Source: the human T2T-CHM13v2.0 reference genome, Homo sapiens
Length of the DNA: 64,000 nucleotides
Reading direction: 5' to 3' (one strand)
Assembly: GCF_009914755.1 (NCBI RefSeq)
Contig: NC_060925.1
The notes under the pieces are model-generated. The model saw only the letters and a program-made list of their open reading frames with translations. It searched no databases and was not told the origin of the DNA. Both the position numbers and the translations under genes were made by a program. Below, piece by piece: positions 22,777-39,500 of the stretch (its first letter is position 1; the number at the start of each line of letters is the position of its first letter).

Positions 22777-25700
22777 ATGAAATTGAAATGGATGGACTCA
22801 TCATCGAATGGATTCGAATGGAATCATCGAATAAAATTGATTGAAATCATCATCCAATGGAATCGAATGGTATCATTGAATGGAATCGAATGGAATCTTC
22901 ATCAGATGGAAATGAATGGAATCGTCATAGAATGGAATCGAATGGATTCATTGAATGGAATCAGATGGAATCATCGAATGGACTGGAATGGAATCATTGA
23001 ATGGACTCGAAAGGGATCATGATTGAATGGAATTGAATGGAATCATCGAATGGTCTCGATTGGAATCATTATCAAATGGAATCGAATGGAATCACCGAAC
23101 AGAATCGAATGGAACAATCATCGAATGGACTCAAATGCAATTATCCTCAAATGGAATCGAATGGAATTATCGAATGCAATCGAATGGAATTATCGAATGC
23201 AATCGAATAGAATCATCGAATGGACTCGAATGGAATCATCGAATGGAATGGAATGGAACAGTCAATGAACTCGAATGGAATCATCATTGAAAGGAATCGA
23301 ATGGAATCATCGAGTGGAATCGAATGGAATTATGATCAAATGGAATCGAATGTAATCATCATCAAATGGAATCAAAAATAACCATCATCAATTGGTATTG
23401 AATGGAATTGTCATCAAATGGAATTCAAAGGAATCATCATCAAATGGAACCGAATGGAATCCTCATTGAATGGAAATGAAAGGGGTCATCATCTAATGGA
23501 ATCGCATGGAATCATCATCAAATGGAATCGAATGGAATCATCATCAAATGGTATCTAATGGAATCATTGAACAGAATTGAATGGAATCGTCATCGAATGA
23601 ATTGAATGCAATCATCGAATGGTCTCGAATGGAATCATCTTCTAATGGAAAGGAATGGAATCATCGCATAGAATCGAATGGAATTATCATCGAATGGAAT
23701 CGAATGGTATCAACACCAAACGGAAAAAAACGGAATTATCGAATGGAATCGAAGAGAATCTTCGAACGGACCCGAATGGAATCATCTATTGGAATGGAAT
23801 GGAATAATCCATGGACTCGAATGCAATCATCATCGAATGGAATCGAATGGAATCATCGAATGGACTCGAATGGAATAATCATTGAACGGAATCGAATGGA
23901 ATCATCATCGGATGGAAACGAATGGAATCATCATCGAATGGAAATGAAAGGAGTCATCATCTAATGGAATTGCATGGAATCATCATAAAATGGAATCGAA
24001 TGGAATCAACATCAAATGGAATCAAATGGAATCATTGAACGGAATTGAATGGAATCGTCATCGAATGAATTGACTGCAATCATCGAATGGTCTCGAATGG
24101 AATCATCTTCAAATGGAATGGAATGGAATCATCGCATAGAATCGAATGGAATTATCATCGAATGGAATCGAATGGAATCAACATCCAACGGAAAAAAACG
24201 GAATTATCGAATGGAATCGAAGAGAATCATCGAATGGACCCGAATGGAATCATCTAATGGAATGGAATGGAATAATCCATGGACTCGAATGCAATCATCA
24301 TCGAATGGAATCGAATGGAATCATCGAATGGACTCGAATGGAATAATCATTGAACGGAATCGAATGGAATCATCATCGGATGGAAATGAATGGAATCATC
24401 ATCGAATGGAATCGAATAGAATTATGGAATGAAATCCAGTGTGATCATCATCGAATGGACCCGAATGGAATCATCATCCAACGGAAGCTAATGGAATCAA
24501 CATCGAATGAATCAAATGGAAACACCATCGAATTGAAACGAATGGAATTATCATGAAATTGAAATGGATGGACTCATCATCGAATGGATTCGAATGGAAT
24601 CATCGAATAAAATTGATTGAAATCATCATCGAATGGAATCGAATGGTATCATTGAATGGAATCGAATGGAATCATCATCAGATGGAAATGAATGGAATCG
24701 TCATAGAATGGAATCGAATGGATTCATTGAATGGAATCAGATGGAATCATCGAATGGACTGGAATGGAATCATTGAATGGACTCGAAAGGGATCATGATT
24801 GAATGGAATTGAATGGAATCATCGAATGGTCTCGATTGGAATCATTATCAAATGGAATCGAATGGAATCACCGAATAGAATCGAATGGAACAATCATCGA
24901 ATGGACTCAAATGGAATTATCCTCAAATGGAATCGAATGGAATTATCGAATGCAATCGAATGGAATTATCGATTGCAATCGAATAGAATCATCGAATGGA
25001 CTCGAATGGAATCATCGAATGGAATGGAATGGAACAGTCAATGAACTCGAATGGAATCATCATTGAATGGAATCGAATGGAATCATCGAGTGGAATCGAA
25101 TGGAATTATGATCAAATGGAATCGAATGTAATCATCATCAAATGGAATCAAAAATAACCATCATCAATTGGTATTGAATGGAATTGTCATCAAATGGAAT
25201 TCAAAGGAATCATCATCAAATGGAACCGAATGGAATCCTCATTGAATGGAAATGAAAGGGGTCATCATCTAATGGAATCGCATGGAATCATCATCTAATG
25301 GAATCGAATGGAATCATCATCAAATGGAATCTAATGGAATCATTGAACAGAATGGAATGGAATCATCATCGAATGAATTGAATGCAATCATCGAATGGTC
25401 TCGAATGGAATCATCTTCTAATGGAAAGGAATGGAATCATCGCATAGAATCGAATGGAATTATCATCGAATGGAATCGAATGGTATCAACACCAAACGGA
25501 AAAAAACGGAATTATCGAATGGAATCGAAGAGAATCTTCGAACGGACCCGAATGGAATCATCTAATGGAATGGAATGGAATAATCCATGGACTCGAATGC
25601 AATCATCATCGAATGGAATCGAATGGAATCATCGAATGGACTCGAATGGAATAATCATTGAACGGAATCGAATGGAATCATCATCGGATGGAAACGAATG

Positions 25701-28700
25701 GAATCATCATCGAATGGAAATGAAAGGAGTCATCATCTAATGGAATTGCATGGAATCATCATAAAATGGAATCGAATGGAATCAACATCAAATGGAATCA
25801 AATGGAATCATTGAACGGAATTGAATGGAATCGTCATCGAATGAATTGACTGCAATCATCGAATGGTCTCGAATGGAATCATCTTCAAATGGAATGGAAT
25901 GGAATCATCGCATAGAATCGAATGGAATTATCATCGAATGGAATCGAATGGAATCAACATCCAACGGAAAAAAACGGAATTATCGAATGGAATCGAAGAG
26001 AATCATCGAATGGACCCGAATGGAATCATCTAATGGAATGGAATGGAATAATCCATGGACTCGAATGCAATCATCATCGAATGGAATCGAATGGAATCAT
26101 CGAATGGACTCGAATGGAATAATCATTGAACGGAATCGAATGGAATCATCATCGGATGGAAATGAATGGAATCATCATCGAATGGAATCGAATAGAATTA
26201 TGGAATGAAATCCAGTGTGATCATCATCGAATGGACCCGAATGGAATCATCATCCAACGGAAGCTAATGGAATCAACATCGAATGAATCAAATGGAAACA
26301 CCATCGAATTGAAACGAATGGAATTATCATGAAATTGAAATGGATGGACTCATCATCGAATGGATTCGAATGGAATCATCGAATAAAATTGATTGAAATC
26401 ATCATCGAATGGAATCGAATGGTATCATTGAATGGAATCGAATGGAATCATCATCAGATGGAAATGAATGGAATCGTCATAGAATGGAATCGAATGGATT
26501 CATTGAATGGAATCAGATGGAATCATCGAATGGACTGGAATGGAATCATTGAATGGACTCGAAAGGGATCATGATTGAATGGAATTGAATGGAATCATCG
26601 AATGGTCTCGATTGGAATCATTATCAAATGGAATCGAATGGAATCACCGAATAGAATCGAATGGAACAATCATCGAATGGACTCAAATGGAATTATCCTC
26701 AAATGGAATCGAATGGAATTATCGAATGCAATCGAATGGAATTATCGAATGCAATCGAATAGAATCATCGAATGGACTCGAATGGAATCATCGAATGGAA
26801 TGGAATGGAACAGTCAATGAACTCGAATGGAATCATCATTGAATGGAATCGAATGGAATCATCGAGTGGAATCGAATGGAATTATGATCAAATGGAATCG
26901 AATGTAATCATCATCAAATGGAATCAAAAATAACCATCATCAATTGGTATTGAATGGAATTGTCATCAAATGGAATTCAAAGGAATCATCATCAAATGGA
27001 ACCGAATGGAATCCTCATTGAATGGAAATGAAAGGGGTCATCATCTAATGGAATCGCATGGAATCATCATCAAATGGAATCGAATGGAATCATCATCAAA
27101 TGGAATCTAATGGAATCATTGAACAGAATTGAATGGAATCGTCATCGAATGAATTGAATGCAATCATCGAATGGTCTCGAATGGAATCATCTTCTAATGG
27201 AAAGGAATGGAATCATCGCATAGAATCGAATGGAATTATCATCGAATGGAATCGAATGGTATCAACACCAAACGGAAAAAAACGGAATTATCGAATGGAA
27301 TCGAAGAGAATCTTCGAACGGACCCGAATGGAATCATCTAATGGAATGGAATGGAATAATCCATGGACTCGAATGCAATCATCATCGAATGGAATCGAAT
27401 GGAATCATCGAATGGACTCGAATGGAATAATCATTGAACGGAATCGAATGGAATCATCATCGGATGGAAACGAATGGAATCAACATCGAATTGAAATGAA
27501 AGGAGTCATCATCTAATGGAATTGCATGGAATCATCATAAAATGGAATCGAATGGAATCAACATCAAATGGAATCAAATGGAATCATTGAACGGAATTGA
27601 ATGGAATCGTCATCGAATGAATTGACTGCAATCATCGAATGGTCTCGAATGGAATCATCTTCAAATGGAATGGAATGGAATCATCGCATAGAATCGAATG
27701 GAATTATCATCGAATGGAATCGAATGGAATCAACATCAAACGGAAAAAAACGGAATTATCGAATGGAATCGAAGAGAATCATCGAATGGACCCAAATGGA
27801 ATCATCTAATGGAATGGAATGGAATAATCCATGGACTCGAATGCAATCATCATCGAATGGAATCGAATGGAATCATCGAATGAACTCGAATGGAATCATC
27901 ATTGAATGGAATCGAATGGAATCATCGAGTGGAATCGAATGGAATTATGATCAAATGGAATCGAATGTAATCATCATCAAATGGAATCAAAAATAACCAT
28001 CATCAATTGGTATTGAATGGAATTGTCATCAAATGGAATTCAAAGGAATCATCATCAAATGGAACCGAATGGAATCCTCATTGAATGGAAATGAAAGGGG
28101 TCATCATCTAATGGAATCGCATGGAATCATCATCAAATGGAATCGAATGGAATCATCATCAAATGGAATCTAATGGAATCATTGAACAGAATTGAATGGA
28201 ATCGTCATCGAATGAATTGAATGCAATCATCGAATGGTCTCGAATGGAATCATCTTCTAATGGAAAGGAATGGAATCATCGCATAGAATCGAATGGAATT
28301 ATCATCGAATGGAATCGAATGGTATCAACACCAAACGGAAAAAAACGGAATTATCGAATGGAATCGAAGAGAATCTTCGAACGGACCCGAATGGAATCAT
28401 CTAATGGAATGGAATGGAATAATCCATGGACTCGAATGCAATCATCATCGAATGGAATCGAATGGAATCATCGAATGGACTCGAATGGAATAATCATTGA
28501 ACGGAATCGAATGGAATCATCATCGGATGGAAACGAATGGAATCATCATCGAATGGAAATGAAAGGAGTCATCATCTAATGGAATTGCATGGAATCATCA
28601 TAAAATGGAATCGAATGGAATCAACATCAAATGGAATCAAATGGAATCATTGAACGGAATTGAATGGAATCGTCATCGAATGAATTGACTGCAATCATCG

Positions 28701-31700
28701 AATGGTCTCGAATGGAATCATCTTCAAATGGAATGGAATGGAATCATCGCATAGAATCGAATGGAATTATCATCGAATGGAATCGAATGGAATCAACATC
28801 AAACGGAAAAAAACGGAATTATCGAATGGAATCGAAGAGAATCATCGAATGGACCCGAATGGAATCATCTAATGGAATGGAATGGAATAATCCATGGACT
28901 CGAATGCAATCATCATCGAATGGAATCGAATGGAATCATCGAATGGACTCGAATGGAATAATCATTGAACGGAATCGAATGGAATCATCATCGGATGGAA
29001 ATGAATGGAATCATCATCGAATGGAATCGAATAGAATTATGGAATGAAATCCAGTGTGATCATCATCGAATGGACCCGAATGGAATCATCATCCAACGGA
29101 AGCTAATGGAATCAACATCGAATGAATCAAATGGAAACACCATCGAATTGAAACGAATGGAATTATCATGAAATTGAAATGGATGGACTCATCATCGAAT
29201 GGATTCGAATGGAATCATCGAATAAAATTGATTGAAATCATCATCGAATGGAATCGAATGGTATCATTGAATGGAATCGAATGGAATCATCATCAGATGG
29301 AAATGAATGGAATCGTCATAGAATGGAATCGAATGGATTCATTGAATGGAATCAGATGGAATCATCGAATGGACTGGAATGGAATCATTGAATGGACTCG
29401 AAAGGGATCATGATTGAATGGAATTGAATGGAATCATCGAATGGTCTCGATTGGAATCATTATCAAATGGAATCGAATGGAATCACCGAATAGAATCGAA
29501 TGGAACAATCATCGAATGGACTCAAATGGAATTATCCTCAAATGGAATCGAATGGAATTATCGAATGCAATCGAATGGAATTATCGAATGCAATCGAATA
29601 GAATCATCGAATGGACTCGAATGGAATCATCGAATGGAATGGAATGGAACAGTCAATGAACTCGAATGGAATCATCATTGAATGGAATCGAATGGAATCA
29701 TCGAGTGGAATCGAATGGAATTATGATCAAATGGAATCGAATGTAATCATCATCAAATGGAATCAAAAATAACCATCATCAATTGGTATTGAATGGAATT
29801 GTCATCAAATGGAATTCAAAGGAATCATCATCAAATGGAACCGAATGGAATCCTCATTGAATGGAAATGAAAGGGGTCATCATCTAATGGAATCGCATGG
29901 AATCATCATCAAATGGAATCGAATGGAATCATCATCAAATGGAATCTAATGGAATCATTGAACAGAATTGAATGGAATCGTCATCGAATGAATTGAATGC
30001 AATCATCGAATGGTCTCGAATGGAATCATCTTCTAATGGAAAGGAATGGAATCATCGCATAGAATCGAATGGAATTATCATCGAATGGAATCGAATGGTA
30101 TCAACACCAAACGGAAAAAAACGGAATTATCGAATGGAATCGAAGAGAATCTTCGAACGGACCCGAATGGAATCATCTAATGGAATGGAATGGAATAATC
30201 CATGGACTCGAATGCAATCATCATCGAATGGAATCGAATGGAATCATCGAATGGACTCGAATGGAATAATCATTGAACGGAATCGAATGGAATCATCATC
30301 GGATGGAAACGAATGGAATCAACATCGAATTGAAATGAAAGGAGTCATCATCTAATGGAATTGCATGGAATCATCATAAAATGGAATCGAATGGAATCAA
30401 CATCAAATGGAATCAAATGGAATCATTGAACGGAATTGAATGGAATCGTCATCGAATGAATTGACTGCAATCATCGAATGGTCTCGAATGGAATCATCTT
30501 CAAATGGAATGGAATGGAATCATCGCATAGAATCGAATGGAATTATCATCGAATGGAATCGAATGGAATCAACATCAAACGGAAAAAAACGGAATTATCG
30601 AATGGAATCGAAGAGAATCATCGAATGGACCCAAATGGAATCATCTAATGGAATGGAATGGAATAATCCATGGACTCGAATGCAATCATCATCGAATGGA
30701 ATCGAATGGAATCATCGAATGAACTCGAATGGAATCATCATTGAATGGAATCGAATGGAATCATCGAGTGGAATCGAATGGAATTATGATCAAATGGAAT
30801 CGAATGTAATCATCATCAAATGGAATCAAAAATAACCATCATCAATTGGTATTGAATGGAATTGTCATCAAATGGAATTCAAAGGAATCATCATCAAATG
30901 GAACCGAATGGAATCCTCATTGAATGGAAATGAAAGGGGTCATCATCTAATGGAATCGCATGGAATCATCATCAAATGGAATCGAATGGAATCATCATCA
31001 AATGGAATCTAATGGAATCATTGAACAGAATTGAATGGAATCGTCATCGAATGAATTGAATGCAATCATCGAATGGTCTCGAATGGAATCATCTTCTAAT
31101 GGAAAGGAATGGAATCATCGCATAGAATCGAATGGAATTATCATCGAATGGAATCGAATGGTATCAACACCAAACGGAAAAAAACGGAATTATCGAATGG
31201 AATCGAAGAGAATCTTCGAACGGACCCGAATGGAATCATCTAATGGAATGGAATGGAATAATCCATGGACTCGAATGCAATCATCATCAAATGGAATCGA
31301 ATGGAATCATCGAATGGACTCGAATGGAATAATCATTGAACGGAATCGAATGGAATCATCATCGGATGGAAACGAATGGAATCATCATCGAATGGAAATG
31401 AAAGGAGTCATCATCTAATGGAAATGCATGGAATCATCATAAAATGGAATCGAATGGAATCAACATCAAATGGAATCAAATGGAATCATTGAACGGAATT
31501 GAATGGAATCGTCATCGAATGAATTGAATGCAATCATCGAATGGTCTCGAATGGAATCATCTTCAAATGGAATGGAATGGAATCATCACATAGAATCGAA
31601 TGGAATTATCATCGAATGGAATCGAATGGAATCAACATCAAACGGAAAAAAACGGAATTATCGAATGGAATCGAAGAGAATCATCGAATGGACCCGAATG

Positions 31701-34700
31701 GAATCATCTAATGGAATGGAATGGAATAATCCATGGACTCGAATGCAATCATCATCGAATGGAATCGAATGGAATCATCGAATGGACTCGAATGGAATAA
31801 TCATTGAACGGAAACGAATGGAATCATCATCGGATGGAAATGAATGGAATCATCATCGAATAGAATCGAATAGAATTATGGAATGAAATCCAGTGTGATC
31901 ATCATCGAATGGACCCGAATGGAATCATCATCCAACGGAAGCTAATGGAATCAACATCGAATGAATCGAATGGAAACACCATCGAATTGAAACGAATGGA
32001 ATTATCATGAAATTGAAATGGATGGACTCATCATCGAATGGATTCGAATGGAATCATCGAATAAAATTGATTGAAATCATCATCGAATGGAATCGAATGG
32101 TATCATTGAATGGAATCGAATGGAATCATCATCAGATGGAAATGAATGGAATCGTCATAGAATGGAATCGAATGGATTCATTGAATGGAATCAGATGGAA
32201 TCATCGAATGGACTGGAATGGAATCATTGAATGGACTCGAAAGGGATCATGATTGAATGGAATTTAATGGAATCATCGAATGGTCTCGATTGGAATCATT
32301 ATCAAATGGAATCGAATGGAATCACCGAATAGAATCGAATGGAACAATCATCGAATGGACTCAAATGGAATTATCCTCAAATGGAATCGAATGGAATTAT
32401 CGAATGCAATCGAATGGAATTATCGATTGCAATCGAATAGAATCATCGAATGGACTCGAATGGAATCATCGAATGGAATGGAATGGAACAGTCAATGAAC
32501 TCGAATGGAATCATCATTGAATGGAATCGAATGGAATCATCGAGTGGAATCGAATGGAATTATGATCAAATGGAATCGAATGTAATCATCATCAAATGGA
32601 ATCAAAAATAACCATCATCAATTGGTATTGAATGGAATTGTCATCAAATGGAATTCAAAGGAATCATCATCAAATGGAACCGAATGGAATCCTCATTGAA
32701 TGGAAATGAAAGGGGTCATCATCTAATGGAATCGCATGGAATCATCATCAAATGGAATCGAATGGAATCATCATCAAATGGAATCTAATGGAATCATTGA
32801 ACAGAATTGAATGGAATGGTCATCGAATGAATTGAATGCAATCATCGAATGGTCTCGAATGGAATCATCTTCTAATGGAAAGGAATGGAATCATCGCATA
32901 GAATCGAATGGAATTATCATCGAATGGAATCGAATGGTATCAACACCAAACGGAAAAAAACGGAATTATCGAATGGAATCGAAGAGAATCTTCGAACGGA
33001 CCCGAATGGAATCATCTAATGGAATGGAATGGAATAATCCATGGACTCGAATGCAATCATCATCGAATGGAATCGAATGGAATCATCGAATGGACTCGAA
33101 TGGAATAATCATTGAACGGAATCGAATGGAATCATCATCGGATGGAAACGAATGGAATCATCATCGAATGGAAATGAAAGGAGTCATCATCTAATGGAAT
33201 TGCATGGAATCATCATAAAATGGAATCGAATGGAATCAACATCAAATGGAATCAAATGGAATCATTGAACGGAATTGAATGGAATCGTCATCGAATGAAT
33301 TGACTGCAATCATCGAATGGTCTCGAATGGAATCATCTTCAAATGGAATGGAATGGAATCATCGCATAGAATCGAATGGAATTATCATCGAATGGAATCG
33401 AATGGAATCAACATCAAACGGAAAAAAACAGAATTATCGTATGGAATCGAAGAGAATCATCGAAGGGACCCGAATGGAATCATCTAATGGAATGGAATGG
33501 AATAATCCATGGACTCGAATGCAATCATCATCGAATGGAATCGAATGGAATCATCGAATGGACTCGAATGGAATAATCATTGAACGGAATCGAATGGAAT
33601 CATCATCGGATGGAAATGAATGGAATCATCATCGAATGGAATCGAATAGAATTATGGAATGAAATCCAGTGTGATCATCATCGAATGGACCCGAATGGAA
33701 TCATCATCCAACGGAAGCTAATGGAATCAACATCGAATGAATCGAATGGAAACACCATCGAATTGAAACGAATGGAATTATCATGAAATTGAAATGGATG
33801 GACTCATCATCGAATGGATTCGAATGGAATCATCGAATAAAATTGATTGAAATCATCATCCAATGGAATCGAATGGTATCATTGAATGGAATCGAATGGA
33901 ATCTTCATCAGATGGAAATGAATGGAATCGTCATAGAATGGAATCGAATGGATTCATTGAATGGAATCAGATGGAATCATCGAATGGACTGGAATGGAAT
34001 CATTGAATGGACTCGAAAGGGATCATTATTGAATGGAATTGAATGGAATCATCGAATGGTCTCGATTGGAATCATTATCAAATGGAATCGAATGGAATCA
34101 CCGAACAGAATCGAATGGAACAATCATCGAATGGACTCAAATGGAATTATCCTCAAATGGAATCGAATGGAATTATCGAATGCAATCGAATAGAATCATC
34201 GAATGGACTCGAATGGAATCATCGAATGGAATGGAATGGAACAGTCAATGAACTCGAATGGAATCATCATTGAAAGGAATCGAATGGAATCATCGAGTGG
34301 AATCGAATGGAATTATGATCAAATGGAATCGAATGTAATCATCATCAAATGGAATCAAAAATAACCATCATCAATTGGTATTGAATGGAATTGTCATCAA
34401 ATGGAATTCAAAGGAATCATCATCAAATGGAACCGAATGGAATCCTCATTGAATGGAAATGAAAGGGGTCATCATCTAATGGAATCGCATGGAATCATCA
34501 TCAAATGGAATCGAATGGAATCATCATCAAATGGTATCTAATGGAATCATTGAACAGAATTGAATGGAATCGTCATCGAATGAATTGAATGCAATCATCG
34601 AATGGTCTCGAATGGAATCATCTTCTAATGGAAAGGAATGGAATCATCGCATAGAATCGAATGGAATTATCATCGAATGGAATCGAATGGTATCAACACC

Positions 34701-36598
34701 AAACGGAAAAAAACGGAATTATCGAATGGAATCGAAGAGAATCTTCGAACGGACCCGAATGGAATCATCTAATGGAATGGAATGGAATAATCCATGGACT
34801 CGAATGCAATCATCATCGAATGGAATCGAATGGAATCATCGAATGGACTCGAATGGAATAATCATTGAACGGAATCGAATGGAATCATCATCGGATGGAA
34901 ACGAATGGAATCATCATCGAATGGAAATGAAAGGAGTCATCATCTAATGGAATTGCATGGAATCATCATAAAATGGAATCGAATGGAATCAACATCAAAT
35001 GGAATCAAATGGAATCATTGAACGGAATTGAATGGAATCGTCATCGAATGAATTGACTGCAATCATCGAATGGTCTCGAATGGAATCATCTTCAAATGGA
35101 ATGGAATGGAATCATCGCATAGAATCGAATGGAATTATCATCGAATGGAATCGAATGGAATCAACATCAAACGGAAAAAAACGGAATTATCGAATGGAAT
35201 CGAAGAGAATCATCGAATGGACCCAAATGGAATCATCTAATGGAATGGAATGGAATAATCCATGGACTCGAATGCAATCATCATCGAATGGAATCGAATG
35301 GAATCATCGAATGAACTCGAATGGAATCATCATTGAATGGAATCGAATGGAATCATCGAGTGGAATCGAATGGAATTATGATCAAATGGAATCGAATGTA
35401 ATCATCATCAAATGGAATCAAAAATAACCATCATCAATTGGTATTGAATGGAATTGTCATCAAATGGAATTCAAAGGAATCATCATCAAATGGAACCGAA
35501 TGGAATCCTCATTGAATGGAAATGAAAGGGGTCATCATCTAATGGAATCGCATGGAATCATCATCAAATGGAATCGAATGGAATCATCATCAAATGGAAT
35601 CTAATGGAATCATTGAACAGAATTGAATGGAATCGTCATCGAATGAATTGAATGCAATCATCGAATGGTCTCGAATGGAATCATCTTCTAATGGAAAGGA
35701 ATGGAATCATCGCATAGAATCGAATGGAATTATCATCGAATGGAATCGAATGGTATCAACACCAAACCGAAAAAAACGGAATTATCGAATGGAATCGAAG
35801 AGAATCTTCGAACGGACCCGAATGGAATCATCTAATGGAATGGAATGGAATAATCCATGGACTCGAATGCAATCATCATCGAATGGAATCGAATGGAATC
35901 ATCGAATGGACTCGAATGGAATAATCATTGAACGGAATCGAATGGAATCATCATCGGATGGAAACGAATGGAATCATCATCGAATGGAAATGAAAGGAGT
36001 CATCATCTAATGGAAATGCATGGAATCATCATAAAATGGAATCGAATGGAATCAACATCAAATGGAATCAAATGGAATCATTGAACGGAATTGAATGGAA
36101 TCGTCATCGAATGAATTGAATGCAATCATCGAATGGTCTCGAATGGAATCATCTTCAAATGGAATGGAATGGAATCATCGCATAGAATCGAATGGAATTA
36201 TCATCGAATGGAATCGAATGGAATCAACATCAAACGGAAAAAAACGGAATTATCGAATGGAATCGAAGAGAATCATCGAATGGACCCGAATGGAATCATC
36301 TAATGGAATGGAATGGAATAATCCATGGACTCGAATGCAATCATCATCGAATGGAATCGAATGGAATCATCGAATGGACTCGAATGGAATAATCATTGAA
36401 CGGAATCGAATGGAATCATCATCGGATGGAAATGAATGGAATCATCATCGAATAGAATCGAATAGAATTATGGAATGAAATCCAGTGTGATCATCATCGA
36501 ATGGACCCGAATGGAATCATCATCCAACGGAAGCTAATGGAATCAACATCGAATGAATCGAATGGAAACACCATCGAATTGAAACGAATGGAATTATC

Positions 36599-39500
36599 AT
36601 GAAATTGAAATGGATGGACTCATCATCGAATGGATTCGAATGGAATCATCGAATAAAATTGATTGAAATCATCATCGAATGGAATCGAATGGTATCATTG
36701 AATGGAATCGAATGGAATCATCATCAGATGGAAATGAATGGAATCGTCATAGAATGGAATCGAATGGATTCATTGAATGGAATCAGATGGAATCATCGAA
36801 TGGACTGGAATGGAATCATTGAATGGACTCGAAAGGGATCATGATTGAATGGAATTTAATGGAATCATCGAATGGTCTCGATTGGAATCATTATCAAATG
36901 GAATCGAATGGAATCACCGAATAGAATCGAATGGAACAATCATCGAATGGACTCAAATGGAATTATCCTCAAATGGAATCGAATGGAATTATCGAATGCA
37001 ATCGAATGGAATTATCGATTGCAATCGAATAGAATCATCGAATGGACTCGAATGGAATCATCGAATGGAATGGAATGGAACAGTCAATGAACCCGAATGG
37101 AATCATCATTGAATGGAATCGAATGGAATCATCGAGTGGAATCGAATGGAATTATGATCAAATGGAATCGAATGTAATCATCATCAAATGGAATCAAAAA
37201 TAACCATCATCAATTGGTATTGAATGGAATTGTCATCAAATGGAATTCAAAGGAATCATCATCAAATGGAACCGAATGGAATCCTCATTGAATGGAAATG
37301 AAAGGGGTCATCATCTAATGGAATCGCATGGAATCATCATCAAATGGAATCGAATGGAATCATCATCAAATGGAATCTAATGGAATCATTGAACAGAATT
37401 GAATGGAATGGTCATCGAATGAATTGAATGCAATCATCGAATGGTCTCGAATGGAATCATCTTCTAATGGAAAGGAATGGAATCATCGCATAGAATCGAA
37501 TGGAATTATCATCGAATGGAATCGAATGGTATCAACACCAAACGGAAAAAAACGGAATTATCGAATGGAATCGAAGAGAATCTTCGAACGGACCCGAATG
37601 GAATCATCTAATGGAATGGAATGGAATAATCCATGGACTCGAATGCAATCATCATCGAATGGAATCGAATGGAATCATCGAATGGACTCGAATGGAATAA
37701 TCATTGAACGGAATCGAATGGAATCATCATCGGATGGAAACGAATGGAATCATCATCGAATGGAAATGAAAGGAGTCATCATCTAATGGAATTGCATGGA
37801 ATCATCATAAAATGGAATCGAATGGAATCAACATCAAATGGAATCAAATGGAATCATTGAACGGAATTGAATGGAATCGTCATCGAATGAATTGACTGCA
37901 ATCATCGAATGGTCTCGAATGGAATCATCTTCAAATGGAATGGAATGGAATCATCGCATAGAATCGAATGGAATTATCATCGAATGGAATCGAATGGAAT
38001 CAACATCAAACGGAAAAAAACAGAATTATCGTATGGAATCGAAGAGAATCATCGAAGGGACCCGAATGGAATCATCTAATGGAATGGAATGGAATAATCC
38101 ATGGACTCGAATGCAATCATCATCGAATGGAATCGAATGGAATCATCGAATGGACTCGAATGGAATAATCATTGAACGGAATCGAATGGAATCATCATCG
38201 GATGGAAATGAATGGAATCATCATCGAATGGAATCGAATAGAATTATGGAATGAAATCCAGTGTGATCATCATCGAATGGACCCGAATGGAATCATCATC
38301 CAACGGAAGCTAATGGAATCAACATCGAATGAATCGAATGGAAACACCATCGAATTGAAACGAATGGAATTATCATGAAATTGAAATGGATGGACTCATC
38401 ATCGAATGGATTCGAATGGAATCATCGAATAAAATTGATTGAAATCATCATCCAATGGAATCGAATGGTATCATTGAATGGAATCGAATGGAATCTTCAT
38501 CAGATGGAAATGAATGGAATCGTCATAGAATGGAATCGAATGGATTCATTGAATGGAATCAGATGGAATCATCGAATGGACTGGAATGGAATCATTGAAT
38601 GGACTCGAAAGGGATCATTATTGAATGGAATTGAATGGAATCATCGAATGGTCTCGATTGGAATCATTATCAAATGGAATCGAATGGAATCACCGAACAG
38701 AATCGAATGGAACAATCATCGAATGGACTCAAATGGAATTATCCTCAAATGGAATCGAATGGAATTATCGAATGCAATCGAATGGAATTATCGAATGCAA
38801 TCGAATAGAATCATCGAATGGACTCGAATGGAATCATCGAATGGAATGGAATGGAACAGTCAATGAACTCGAATGGAATCATCATTGAAAGGAATCGAAT
38901 GGAATCATCGAGTGGAATCGAATGGAATTATGATCAAATGGAATCGAATGTAATCATCATCAAATGGAATCAAAAATAACCATCATCAATTGGTATTGAA
39001 TGGAATTGTCATCAAATGGAATTCAAAGGAATCATCATCAAATGGAACCGAATGGAATCCTCATTGAATGGAAATGAAAGGGGTCATCATCTAATGGAAT
39101 CGCATGGAATCATCATCAAATGGAATCGAATGGAATCATCATCAAATGGTATCTAATGGAATCATTGAACAGAATTGAATGGAATCGTCATCGAATGAAT
39201 TGAATGCAATCATCGAATGGTCTCGAATGGAATCATCTTCTAATGGAAAGGAATGGAATCATCGCATAGAATCGAATGGAATTATCATCGAATGGAATCG
39301 AATGGTATCAACACCAAACGGAAAAAAACGGAATTATCGAATGGAATCGAAGAGAATCTTCGAACGGACCCGAATGGAATCATCTAATGGAATGGAATGG
39401 AATAATCCATGGACTCGAATGCAATCATCATCGAATGGAATCGAATGGAATCATCGAATGGACTCGAATGGAATAATCATTGAACGGAATCGAATGGAAT

